Made by a program: the position numbers and the translations under genes. A DNA stretch of 22,247 nucleotides from Paraspadella gotoi (taxonomy: Eukaryota > Animalia > Chaetognatha), in the NCBI GenBank assembly GCA_051294375.1, contig JBJCIZ010000630.1, forward strand, positions 1-22,247, given 5' to 3'. This document shows, in pieces, positions 1 through 8,499 of this stretch (its first letter is position 1; the number at the start of each line of letters is the position of its first letter). The notes under the pieces were generated by a model. That model was given only the letters and a program-made list of their open reading frames with translations, ran no database searches and was not told the origin of the DNA.

Positions 1-370
1 AGTACGTCTCTTTTATATCTTTGGGTAAGGCACAATCATAAGGATTGACGAATCAGAGAGTCAAGTTTAAAATACTCGATCAATCAGATATTTCATAACG
101 GCAAAATACGAATTCAATATTAAAAAAGGGCATTAAACAACCGAGAGACAAATAAAAATTTAACAAAATTATTAAATCTTCTTTGTTTTATTATTTTCCA
201 ATCTGGTATGCTAGACCGAATCAATAATAAACTATTATTAGCCAAAATTAATCGATATCTAAATTTTATTTTTAGATTCTTAAATTAAAATATCCAAAAA
301 TAGCTGGAAAGTAACCGCGACAATTTTTTTTCCATCTTGGTACATTAATTACCTAGTCATGTAGTTTATG
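1..370. repeat. Duplicate (empty-site version) of the segment interrupted at 3364-4952
   Basis: 1-260 matches 3364-3624. It then continues AAATTTTATTTTTAGATTC (=3837-3856), a single TAAATTAAAATAT, and then =4876-4952, without either insertion found in the second copy. Confidence 0.9.
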
Positions 371-639
371 AAATTGGTACAACCAATATAAAAATTATCC
401 ATCTCAAATTACTATTACATCAATAATGTCGTTATGAGATGAATTCTATTGTGTTTTTTCCCGAGTATTTTATCGTATTCTTATGATAGTGGGCTCTGTG
501 ACTCGATCTGAGTCTTTTATAGATTTTTTATTTTCCATGTCTTCCTTCTCTTCTCTCATCCTTCATCTCTCACATCTCTCTCTTCCTCTCACTGCTTATC
601 TCGTCTCCTCTGCTCTCTTTAAGATTTTTGTAATGTGCA

Positions 640-1800
640 TCATTTTTTTCAACTTGCCATAATTATTTCAACTTGCATCCGGTCAAAACTTTATATCTAG
701 CTTCTTCCTCAGACTTTCTCTACCGCTCACAAAATGTTCATTCTAACTCTAGTCATGGGTTAAATAAATAAAAAGAATTCAAGTAATGTGACTCTATTTT
801 TATTTAAACTCATTTCCATGGTACGTTTCCACTGGAAACTTTATACCCTCAGCTTCGATCATGAAGTTTTCCTACCCATACACAGAAAAATTTTTTCATA
901 AATCAAATCCTTAATTCCCATCCAATTAAATGATTTAATTGGAGTATTATGGTTAAAAATGAAGTAAATACAGATTTAGTAAATTCGACTTATGTTTTTT
1001 CCAATTTAAACTAATTTCCACTCACACGATTCCATTCGAAATTTATATTATGTTTATCCACTTTCCTACCCAACACACAAATTAATTCCAATCTCAACAG
1101 CCCAATCACTGAGTTATTGGGAGCTTTTTTGGCCTAAGATGGACGGATGGACGGATTGATTGACTAAATTAATTAATATTGATTAATTTTTTACTAATTG
1201 TTAATTAACTGATTAATTATTTGAATTTATTAATACATTCCTGCAGATACATTTTATATAAATAAGGAAAAAGAAGGCATAATCAAATTAGTAAAACAGG
1301 TTTTTTGTTTTTTTTTTTTTTTTCCGATTAAACTCATTTCCACTCAAATAGTTCCATTCGAAACTTGATTTCCTGTTCAATCACACACTTTCCTACCACA
1401 TCACGCAAAATTCCAGGGTCAATCAGCGTCCACCATGACAATTGGTGGTTCATAGTATTTTTTTTTGTTGTTTTTTCCATTTAAACTCATCTCGGACGAT
1501 TCATCGAAACCTTCATATCCAGCTCAATCACACACTTTACCTATCCACACACAAAATTTCATTGGTGTAATCCATCTGCATCAATAACGAGTAATTGGGT
1601 GCTTTTTCTGACAGGGGACGACGGACGGACGGACGACGGAGCGGATCAGACGGACGGACGGACATCCATTTTTTTTGGCAATTCTATCGATGTTCTGACA
1701 TATATAAGTGTGTGCCCGGACAATATTGAGGGGGCGGACCGACAGACGCGAAAAAGGATAATAGAGTCGGGAATCTGCTGATAAGCAGTCCGACTAAAAA
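640..1800 (+). mobile_element. Helentron-associated (HINE/DINE-1/pearl-like) non-autonomous element
   Basis: Degenerate tandem units containing TTAAACTCATTTCCA...TTCGAAAC...CACTTTCCTACCCACACACAAAATT at about 804, 1006, 1328 and 1480. (GGAC)n/(GACG)n microsatellite at 1140-1155 and 1616-1665. Terminal stem-loop AGTCGG..CTGCT-GATA-AGCAG-TCCGACT at 1765-1795 followed by an A run. Left boundary uncertain. Confidence 0.55.
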
Positions 1801-1974
1801 ATTAGGATTGAACTCGTAAAATTAAGCATCGCATTTGTCATATTTTTATTTCGTTTTTCTCAGGGACTGCGTCTGCTGATCAGTTTATTTTTTGAACAAT
1901 GTATTTTTTTTTCAGAAACTGTAACTTTAATTTTTTTCGGTACTTTTATTATTTTTTAATTGACAATGCAAAAT

Positions 1975-2100
1975 AGATTTTTCTTTCGTGTTTATAACTT
2001 AATTTTTTTTTCTCAATTTTATTTTATTTAGTTATCAAAATTGTCGTCAATCGCGATTTTTCTTGCGATGCGACGATCCTTATGCTTTTAAGATTTTTTA
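1975..2100. repeat. Dispersed repeat, inverted copy at about 10824-10955
   Basis: TTTTCTTGCGATGCGACGATCCTTATGCTTTTAAGATTTTT resembles the reverse complement of AAAAAATCTTTAAAAGAGCATAAGTATCGGTCGCAAATCGCATAAGAAAA. Separately, 1804-1845 recurs at about 8211-8250. Confidence 0.6.
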
Positions 2101-2684
2101 TAATTATTTTTATAAGGGAGTCAAAAAAAAAAACTGTAAAAATTGTCATCATAATTATCTTTCGATGATTTTATCAGTTTTTTTATATTTTCACTTTACA
2201 AACGTTAGAATTTTTTAAAATTAGTAATTATATTTCTTGTTTAACTTTTTATGCTCTTTCAAATTCATCAAAAATTTTAAGATTTCAAAAAATATTTTTT
2301 ATAATTGTGAAAAAAGATAAGTAACATTTAATGTATTAATCAAGACGTATAATATATTTTTTTTTTGAAAATGATTGCTTAAATATTTAGTCAAGACAAC
2401 TAAACAAACATTGCTAATAGTCGAAATTTTTAGTTGGTCCCTACTAGTGTATTTTCTGACTTGCTATTTATAGAATTCGAAGTATATAAATTTAGTAATA
2501 TATTGTAGTAGACATAACATGAGCGTGAGACGTGAAGCAAGTAGAAGGGAGACTATTTCTAAATATAACAGAGAACAATTATAAAAATAGTAATTTAAAA
2601 AATTATAAACTTACAAAATATCATTTTAAATGCTTACCGACTCACGAATCATAGTTAACTTATCCTCTTGTTTTTAGGTAAGTA

Positions 2685-3363
2685 TGTGGATAAGGCGCTA
2701 CGTGGGCTGAAGATGACTGTCCGTAACTTCTATAACCCCTCTAGCAGCCATGGAACGGGTCCCTGGGCTTTGAGAACCAGGCTTGAGGGTTTGCCATGCC
2801 CCAAGGCGGCTTACGGCCGTCCTCACGGCTTCCCCGCAGGGTAGGTACCGTGTGGATTGAACCCGTACCTAGTGGTCATGAGCTGATGGCTTTACTCAAT
2901 GAGCCACGGGTCACAACTGAAAGCGTCATGTTCTAGGCGGGGTGAACCTAGGCAATGCCCAACTACATGCCCCCAGATTGTAACCCACCTGCACTGCTTC
3001 CAGTGGAGGGAGGGAGCAATCTTCAGCTAGACCAAGGGCCTGGAATCAGAAGGTTGGAATACGCTCGACAGGACTCACCAAGTTGTGATAAGGCGCTACG
3101 TGGGCTGAGATGACTGTCCGCTAACTTTCTATAAACCCCTCAGCAGCCATGGAACGGGTCCCTGGGCTTGGAACAGGCTTGAGGGTTTGCCATGCCCCCA
3201 AGGGGCTTACGGGCCGCCTCTCGCGTCCCGCAGGGTAGGTACCGTGTTGGTGAATGACCGGTACCTAGTGATCATGAGCTGATGGCTTTACTCAATGAGC
3301 ACCGTCACAACTGAAAGCGTCATGTAGCTTTGGCGGGTGAACCTAGGCAATGACCCGACTACA
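2685..3363 (-). mobile_element. Complete non-autonomous LTR retrotransposon (TRIM) with a tRNA-derived module in its LTRs (Helenus-like)
   Basis: Direct repeats of about 280 bp at 2685-2967 and 3084-3363, each TGT...ACA. 4-bp TSD AGTA (2681-2684 and 3364-3367). On the minus strand, PBS-like TGGTGAGTCCTG (3080-3069) 3 nt after the 5' LTR, and GGGGG-CA just before the 3' LTR (2974-2968). 116-bp non-coding internal region. Confidence 0.9.
2846..2912 (-). promoter_or_regulatory. tRNA-like Pol III promoter (A box / B box) inside the LTR; also at about 3238-3306 and 6076-6147
   Basis: The 6076-6147 copy reads GACCCGG TGGCTCATTGAGTAAAGC...CTCATGA...CGGGTTCAATCCC on the minus strand: A-box-like TGGCTCATTGAG and B-box GGTTCAATCC at tRNA spacing. 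The anticodon stem does not pair, so this is not a functional tRNA. Confidence 0.75.
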
Positions 3364-3624
3364 AGTACGTCTCTTTTAAATCTTTGGGTAAGGCACAATC
3401 ATAAGGATTGGACGAATCAGAGAGTCAAGTTTAAAATACTCGATCAATCAGATATTTCATAACGGCAAAATACGAATTCAATAATAAAAAAGGGCATTAA
3501 ACAACCGAGAGACAAATAAAAATTTAACAAAAATTTAAATTCTTCTTTGTTTTATTATTTTCCAATCTGGTATGCTAGACCGAATCAATAATAAACTATT
3601 ATTAGCCAAAATTAATCGATATCT

Positions 3625-3832
3625 TGTGGACGAACATATAGAACACGCAACCTCGGTCAAACCACTTGACCTTAACAACCTGACCCCGCTCGGTTCCCCC
3701 AGTTTATATGTGGTCAAATCGTTGACCTTTGTAAATACCATTGTATAGACTTAGCATCTGAGCATTTTGACTGTTATTGTTTATAACCTTGTTGAAGAAT
3801 ACATTTTTGATCTGAAACTTGTGTCGTCCATA
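3625..3832. mobile_element. 208-bp solo LTR (Gypsy-type, 4-bp TSD)
   Basis: Starts TGTGGACGA and ends TCGTCCATA (inverted termini, CA mutated to TA). ATCT is duplicated at 3621-3624 and 3833-3836. Absent from the empty copy at about 257-260. Confidence 0.8.
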
Positions 3833-3869
3833 ATCTAAATTTTATTTTTAGGATTCTAAATTAAAATAT

Positions 3870-4865
3870 TGCTTGAGAGTCAACGTATATGATGTACAGT
3901 ACTTATTTGGTGATTACATCGTTTTATGAGGAAAACGCATATTTTTTTATTGAGCAATATATTTTCGGTAACATCGCTTAACCATAGTTCATTTGCGAAG
4001 TAAATGCAAGAAAAACAGACACAAAAAAGTAAAAAAAATATTTTGGTTAAAAGAGAGAGAGAGAATAAGAGTGAAAAGAAATATGAGGTCAAAGTTAAGG
4101 ACAAAAGCTCAGAGAAAGAAGAGAGAAAGAACGCATTTTTTTTAAGTCAGGTCCCAAACTAGCCAATTTGTGTGTGGACCCAACAAAACACAACCACCTT
4201 TGGTTGATAGAAAAGGGGTTTATAGCTTTCTTGTAACTGCCCAACCCACCCAACAACACGCCTCTTCTTACGTGGAAAAACAAGTGTCATAAAAAAAAGC
4301 GCACAGCACAAACATCGAAGAGACTCCGCATCTTCACAACGACAGCCAGAATATGTCGGGAATCAGCAAACATGCAAAATCTTGCGAAGGTGAAATCGCC
4401 TGGAAGACCCTGTGGTCTTGCAACTTTTTCAAACAAAAACCGAAAAAACTTGAATTCGATTTGCATGTTCGTGAGAGCCTGGAGATTCGTCGTCAAGGGA
4501 CAGAACCGGGAAAAGGCCTCAACGATGACCTCCTAAATATGTAAAAACACACGCATGGAATCCTCTTCTACAAAAACTAAAAGACTATTGAAGATGGGGG
4601 GGGGGTTCTTTTCTCTTCTTTCTCTTGAGCTTTTTGTCCTTAACTTTGACCTCATATTTCTTTTCACTCTTATTCTCTCTCTCTCTTTTAACCAAAATAT
4701 TTTTTTATTTTTTGTGTCTGTTTTTCTTGCATTTACTTCGCAAATGAACTATGGTTAAGCGATGTTAACCGAATATAATTGCTCAAATAAAAATAATATC
4801 GNNNNNNNNNNNNNNNNNNNNNNNNNTATGCGTTTTCCTCATAAAACGATGTTAATCACCAATAA
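3870..4865 (+). mobile_element. 5'-truncated Penelope-like element with inverted pseudo-LTRs
   Basis: Inverted repeat 3903-4132 versus 4605-4865 around a GIY-YIG C-terminal remnant. TAAATTAAAATAT is duplicated at 3857-3869 and 4863-4875 and is single in the empty copy. Confidence 0.85.
4135..4582 (+). pseudogene. Frameshifted GIY-YIG endonuclease C-terminus of a Penelope-like element
   Basis: Across frames: FKSGPKL..., KGVY-x-C, SYV-x-K, SGISKHAKSCEGEIAW, DLHVRESLEIRRQGTEPGKGLNDD, YVKTHAWNPLL. This matches the Penelope GIY-YIG motif order (GVY...Y[VI]G, H, E..EI, LN). Confidence 0.8.
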
Positions 4866-5183
4866 ATTAAAATATCAAAAAATAGCTGGAAAGTAACCGC
4901 GACAATTTTTTTTCCATCATGGTACATAAATTACCTAGTCAAGTAGTTTATGTGATCACAGGGAAATACACGTGAAAAGAAATTTTACTGCGGCGCAACA
5001 CATTGGGTGGACCGATCTTGTTTCTTCCATTTTTAGTTGCGCAGCGGAACAACTACAACTCAAAAAAGTTTTTTATACATTCAATTAATAGTTATATAGT
5101 CACGTAGTTGCCCAGAAAGTTACTGCAACGCAGACATCGTCTGTCTTCGTTCATCAATTCTCCATTACTTTTTTTTCCCTCAG

Positions 5184-5614
5184 CTCTTTACTCCTTTTCT
5201 CCCCTCAACGTTCCCGACTCGGTTCCAACGTCGCTCGAGTCGGCGCTTATCCCTTCGAACCCTGATGCGGCGGTGGCGGTGGCGGCAGCGGAGACAGAGA
5301 AGAAGGAATCATTNNNNNNNNNNAATGAGGGAGGGGGCGTTGAGAAGGATTCTGCAAAGGTGGCGACCGACGAGATTATAGTGCCTTTTCGAAAGCGAGG
5401 TGCCAGACTCAGCATTAGAAGGAAGAAGAGAAAAGATTCGCGGCAGATGGCGCCTGAGATCGAACACAAGGGCGAGGAACAAGAAGCGGTTCTCGAAATC
5501 GCCCGACGCGACGACGAAATCGCGGCGTTGAAGACGAAGTTGGCGAAGGAGAAGGAAGACACGAAGCTCCTCCTTCAAAGAGAAAAAATCCTGCGTGACC
5601 GTCTCGCCGCACAG
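5184..5614 (+). CDS. SPATA18: MIEAP/SPATA18-like protein, upstream coiled-coil exon (start codon not identified)
   Basis: GC-rich open frame ...RRDDEIAALKTKLAKEKEDTKLLLQREKILRDRLAAQ ending at CAG|GTTCGT (phase 0). Candidate acceptor TTTTTTTCCCTCAG at 5183. 10-N gap at 5314-5323. Confidence 0.65.
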
Positions 5615-5826
5615 GTTCGTCTCGACGCTGCGATCAAGGAAACTAGGGGGGGGAAGTTATGACTGAATCAGGTCGGAATGAAAACGAAAGAACTAACCAA
5701 TCGTGACACGATAAAATGACATAAACCAAGTAATTTGAAAATTTTCATAAACCATGCGAGGAAAACTGTAAAACATGTTAAAATGTCATAAAGCTCTGAG
5801 CAAGAGAAACAGCTTATTCGACTTAG

Positions 5827-5928
5827 GCTTTGCACGTCTTGGAAAAAAGCGATCGATTCGAAAACGTGAATTCGTACGCACTACGACCCTTGCAGATTGT
5901 TTCTCTGTATGAGGACCTCTACTCTCAG
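5827..5928 (+). CDS. SPATA18: MIEAP/SPATA18-like protein, 102-bp middle exon (missed by the ORF track)
   Basis: TTAG|GCT...CAG|GT, phase 0 at both ends. Encodes ALHVLEKSDRFENVNSYALRPLQIVSLYEDLYSQ, matching the FEN...RP..L...Y..LYSQ start of the MIEAP domain. Confidence 0.85.
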
Positions 5929-6203
5929 GTGCTAAGTGGGCTGAAGATGACTATCCGTAACTTCTATAACCCCCTTTAGTAGCCATGGAACGGGTCCTGG
6001 GCTTGGAACCAGGCTTGAGGGGTTGCCACGCCCCCAAGGCGGCTTACGGCCGTCCTCACGCTTCCCACAGGGTAGGTACCGGGTTGGGATTGAACCCGGT
6101 GCCTAGTGGTCATGAGCTGATGGCTTTACTCAATGAGCCACCGGGTCAGGACTGAATGTGTCATGCTTATAGGCGGGGTGAACCTAGGCAATGCCCGACT
6201 ACA
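5927..6203 (-). mobile_element. Near-complete solo LTR of the 2685-3363 TRIM, inside the MIEAP intron
   Basis: Aligns with 3091-3363 through to ...GCCCGACTACA. Lacks the first 7 nt (TGTGATA), and no TSD is visible. Confidence 0.9.
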
Positions 6204-6261
6204 AATTCCTTTGTTTTTGTGTCAAAAACCAATTTAATCATTTCACACCTAAACTGGCCAG

Positions 6262-6852
6262 GATCGAGTTGACGCCATGGATGCTTTGGAGAATCTTGAG
6301 GAGCTGGCGGATCTCGACGACCTGAAGACGAAGATCCTATATTCGGTCATCGTCCTCTCGTACCGGGCGGCGCACTGTCGTCTGGACGCCATTAAATCTG
6401 GCGTGGCCGATTTGCTCAGACTTCCACAAGCGCGTGAAGACCAGACTGATGTTGAGGAAGCGCCGACGTTGAACCCAAAAAGCCTTTTGTCGAAAACAGT
6501 CGAGGACGCAATCGCCGACTGGCTGCGTCTTGCTTGCCTCGACTTCGACGCATCTTCTTGCCTCAAGGAGGTCGAGAACCAGTTGCATGCTACACTCTTC
6601 GATTTTCCCTCTTTGTGTGAATGCAAGGCGCTGCGCGATTTTGTGGTGGTGACGTTGGGAGTCGCCTGGTGCTGCGTGACGGCACGCCCACCTCTCGTCC
6701 TCGAGTATCAGGCTACCGAATTCAAAAGCGAGTGGCACCAGCGCTTTGCCAACGCCAACGCAGACTCGGACAGAGTCACTGCCTACGTCTGGCCGGGTCT
6801 TTTCGAAATCGAAACAGGCGCTTGTCTTTCTCGCGGCGTCGTCATCACCTGA
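6262..6852 (+). CDS. SPATA18: MIEAP/SPATA18-like protein, terminal exon (MIEAP domain)
   Basis: CCAG|GAT acceptor in frame. DRVDAMDALENL...LKTKILYSVIVL...AWCCVTARPPLVLEY..EF...WHQRF...SDRVTAYVWPGL...CLSRGVVIT* matches the MIEAP C-terminal pattern (W...PP, F...H.R, Y[VL]WP.L, [KR]GVV.T). One-to-one orthology is not established. Confidence 0.85.
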   Translation, partial: DRVDAMDALENLEELADLDDLKTKILYSVIVLSYRAAHCRLDAIKSGVADLLRLPQAREDQTDVEEAPTLNPKSLLSKTVEDAIADWLRLACLDFDASSCLKEVENQLHATLFDFPSLCECKALRDFVVVTLGVAWCCVTARPPLVLEYQATEFKSEWHQRFANANADSDRVTAYVWPGLFEIETGACLSRGVVIT

Positions 6853-7195
6853 TTTGCACTCCTTACTTAGCCTGTCTCTTATCAGGTGTCATCGCCGGGT
6901 TGTCGCCCATCATCTGTACCTTGACTCGAGTATTTTATTCCTCATACAAATATACAATTTTTTTTTGCTCTCATATTACTAAATTTAATGATTCTTTTCT
7001 ATTTCTATCTTATTTACAGGAACATCTATCTGGACTGATACGAAAAAATTTGTAATATAATCGAAACAAAGAGCAATCGGGTTATAAAATTTTTTCATAC
7101 TAATAGAAAAATTTTCCACCAATTTGTAACATTCTAGCTAGGATAGTTGCTATGTTATAAACATTTTCCTCAGAGGGTAAATGTCTGAAGAAGCA

Positions 7196-7972
7196 TTTTT
7201 ATCTCGTAACGCTTTTGCGCATAAGTGGCGTAGTCGTCGTCGGCGTTCCAACTTATCGAACGCCTTTTTGTTGATTAAATTTGGGTGTATGAAGCTGAAA
7301 ATTTATATACAGAAGGCTTCATATTATAAAATGTGGTACCCCTTTTTTGTGACCAGAACATGTTCCGAGAAAACTATTGAATAGATTTTAATGAAATTTG
7401 GTATTAACGATCCCTATGTAAATACAAATAGAAATATCGAGGCGAATTTCAATATTTGACCCCTGAGCCGAGATATGGGGCCCGGTAGGGGTCACTCATG
7501 GGGGCAAAAAATGGTCAAAATTTGTTTTTTATTATTATTTGTTTTTTGTTTTTTTTTTGAACAGTTGCCCAGACGTTTACTCTTTCACAAAAATGTATTT
7601 ATTTCCACAAAAATATTAGTTTACCATAAGTTCATGAACATCAGCTGTTTAAGTGAGATTTGGAATAATTCTGGAAAATTTGGAGAAAAACGATGAACCA
7701 TGCATTTTCAAACACCGATTAATTAGCAAAAAAATTATTAATTTTAGTTTTAAAAAATATTTTTATATGTTTAAAACATCGATGAACCTGATTCTAATAA
7801 AAAATTATAAAAAATGAAAAAAAAAATTTTACCCTTTTTTGGCCCCCCACGAAATTCGATCCTGTAGTTTGGTGGGAACAGATTCTGGTCATAAAAAAGG
7901 GGTACCACATTTTATAATATGAAGCCTTCAGTACAGCTTCTCATCATCGAGGTCCTTGACATGGGGTGAGGA
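7196..7972 (+). mobile_element. HINE-like repeat fragment, host of the MITE
   Basis: T-rich start, (GTC)n microsatellite at about 7233-7246, and GAAGCTGAAAATTTATATA|CAGCTTC, which rejoins into a hairpin when the MITE is removed. Confidence 0.4.
7310..7931. mobile_element. 622-bp Tc1/mariner-type MITE
   Basis: TIRs of about 57 bp (7310-7366 CAGAAGGCTTCATATTATAAAATGTGGTACCCC... versus 7875-7931), TA on both sides (7308-7309, 7932-7933), no coding capacity. Confidence 0.85.
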
Positions 7973-8289
7973 CAGTTATTAAATTTGTTTTGTTTACATT
8001 TTATCAAAACAAACAAATTTCCTCTATTTTTATTTTTATGTCTCCTTCTCTCTCTTTTTTCTCTTTTAATTTTATGTAGCTCTCTCTCTTTTACTCAGTC
8101 GCTGATTCCTTGGGCTCTGCAGGGGCTTTTTTTCTTTTTCTCTCTTTTTTTCTGCTGATTCGTCCGCTGATTCTCTCTCTCTGCGTTTTTATTTAAAAAA
8201 AAATTGAAATAGGATTGAACTCGTAAAATTAGGCATCGCATTCGTGCATATTAATTGTTATCATTTTGCTATCGCAACATCGGGTTTTT

Positions 8290-8475
8290 ATTTCGTTCTT
8301 TCTTCTTGTCACTCTTTCTTTATTTTTATTTTTTATCTTTCTTTCCTTTCTATTCTTTCTTTCCTTTTTATTCTTTCTTTCCTTTCTTTTCTTACTTTCT
8401 TTTCTATTTTTTCTTTCCTTTTTATTCTTTTTTTCATTTCTATTCTTTCTTTGTATTATTTTCTCTCTTTTCGTT
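8290..8475. repeat. T/C-rich low-complexity tandem repeat
   Basis: Reiterated TTTCTTTCCTTTT(C)TATTC-like units. Confidence 0.85.
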
Positions 8476-8499
8476 GCTAAGTGAATATTAGGAAATGTT

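Noticed and set aside
2846-2912. Functional tRNA-Met gene (CAT in the anticodon position)
   Set aside because: The anticodon stem does not pair, the acceptor stem is imperfect, and the sequence is embedded in three LTR copies.
2876-2930. Hammerhead ribozyme in the TRIM LTR (retrozyme): CATGAG CTGATGG...GAAAGCGTCATG on +
   Set aside because: The core is CTGATGG rather than CTGANGA in all three copies, GAAA is absent from the 5927 copy, and the segment is explained by the minus-strand tRNA module.
5615-5662. ORF tail VRLDAAIKETRGGKL* as the true C-terminus
   Set aside because: A phase-compatible donor at 5615 joins to exons that restore the MIEAP domain, so the tail is intron read-through.
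6249-6738. Minus-strand ORFs of 125 and 133 aa (also 5188-5612 and 14282-14524)
   Set aside because: Antisense shadows of GC-rich coding exons with no recognisable motifs.
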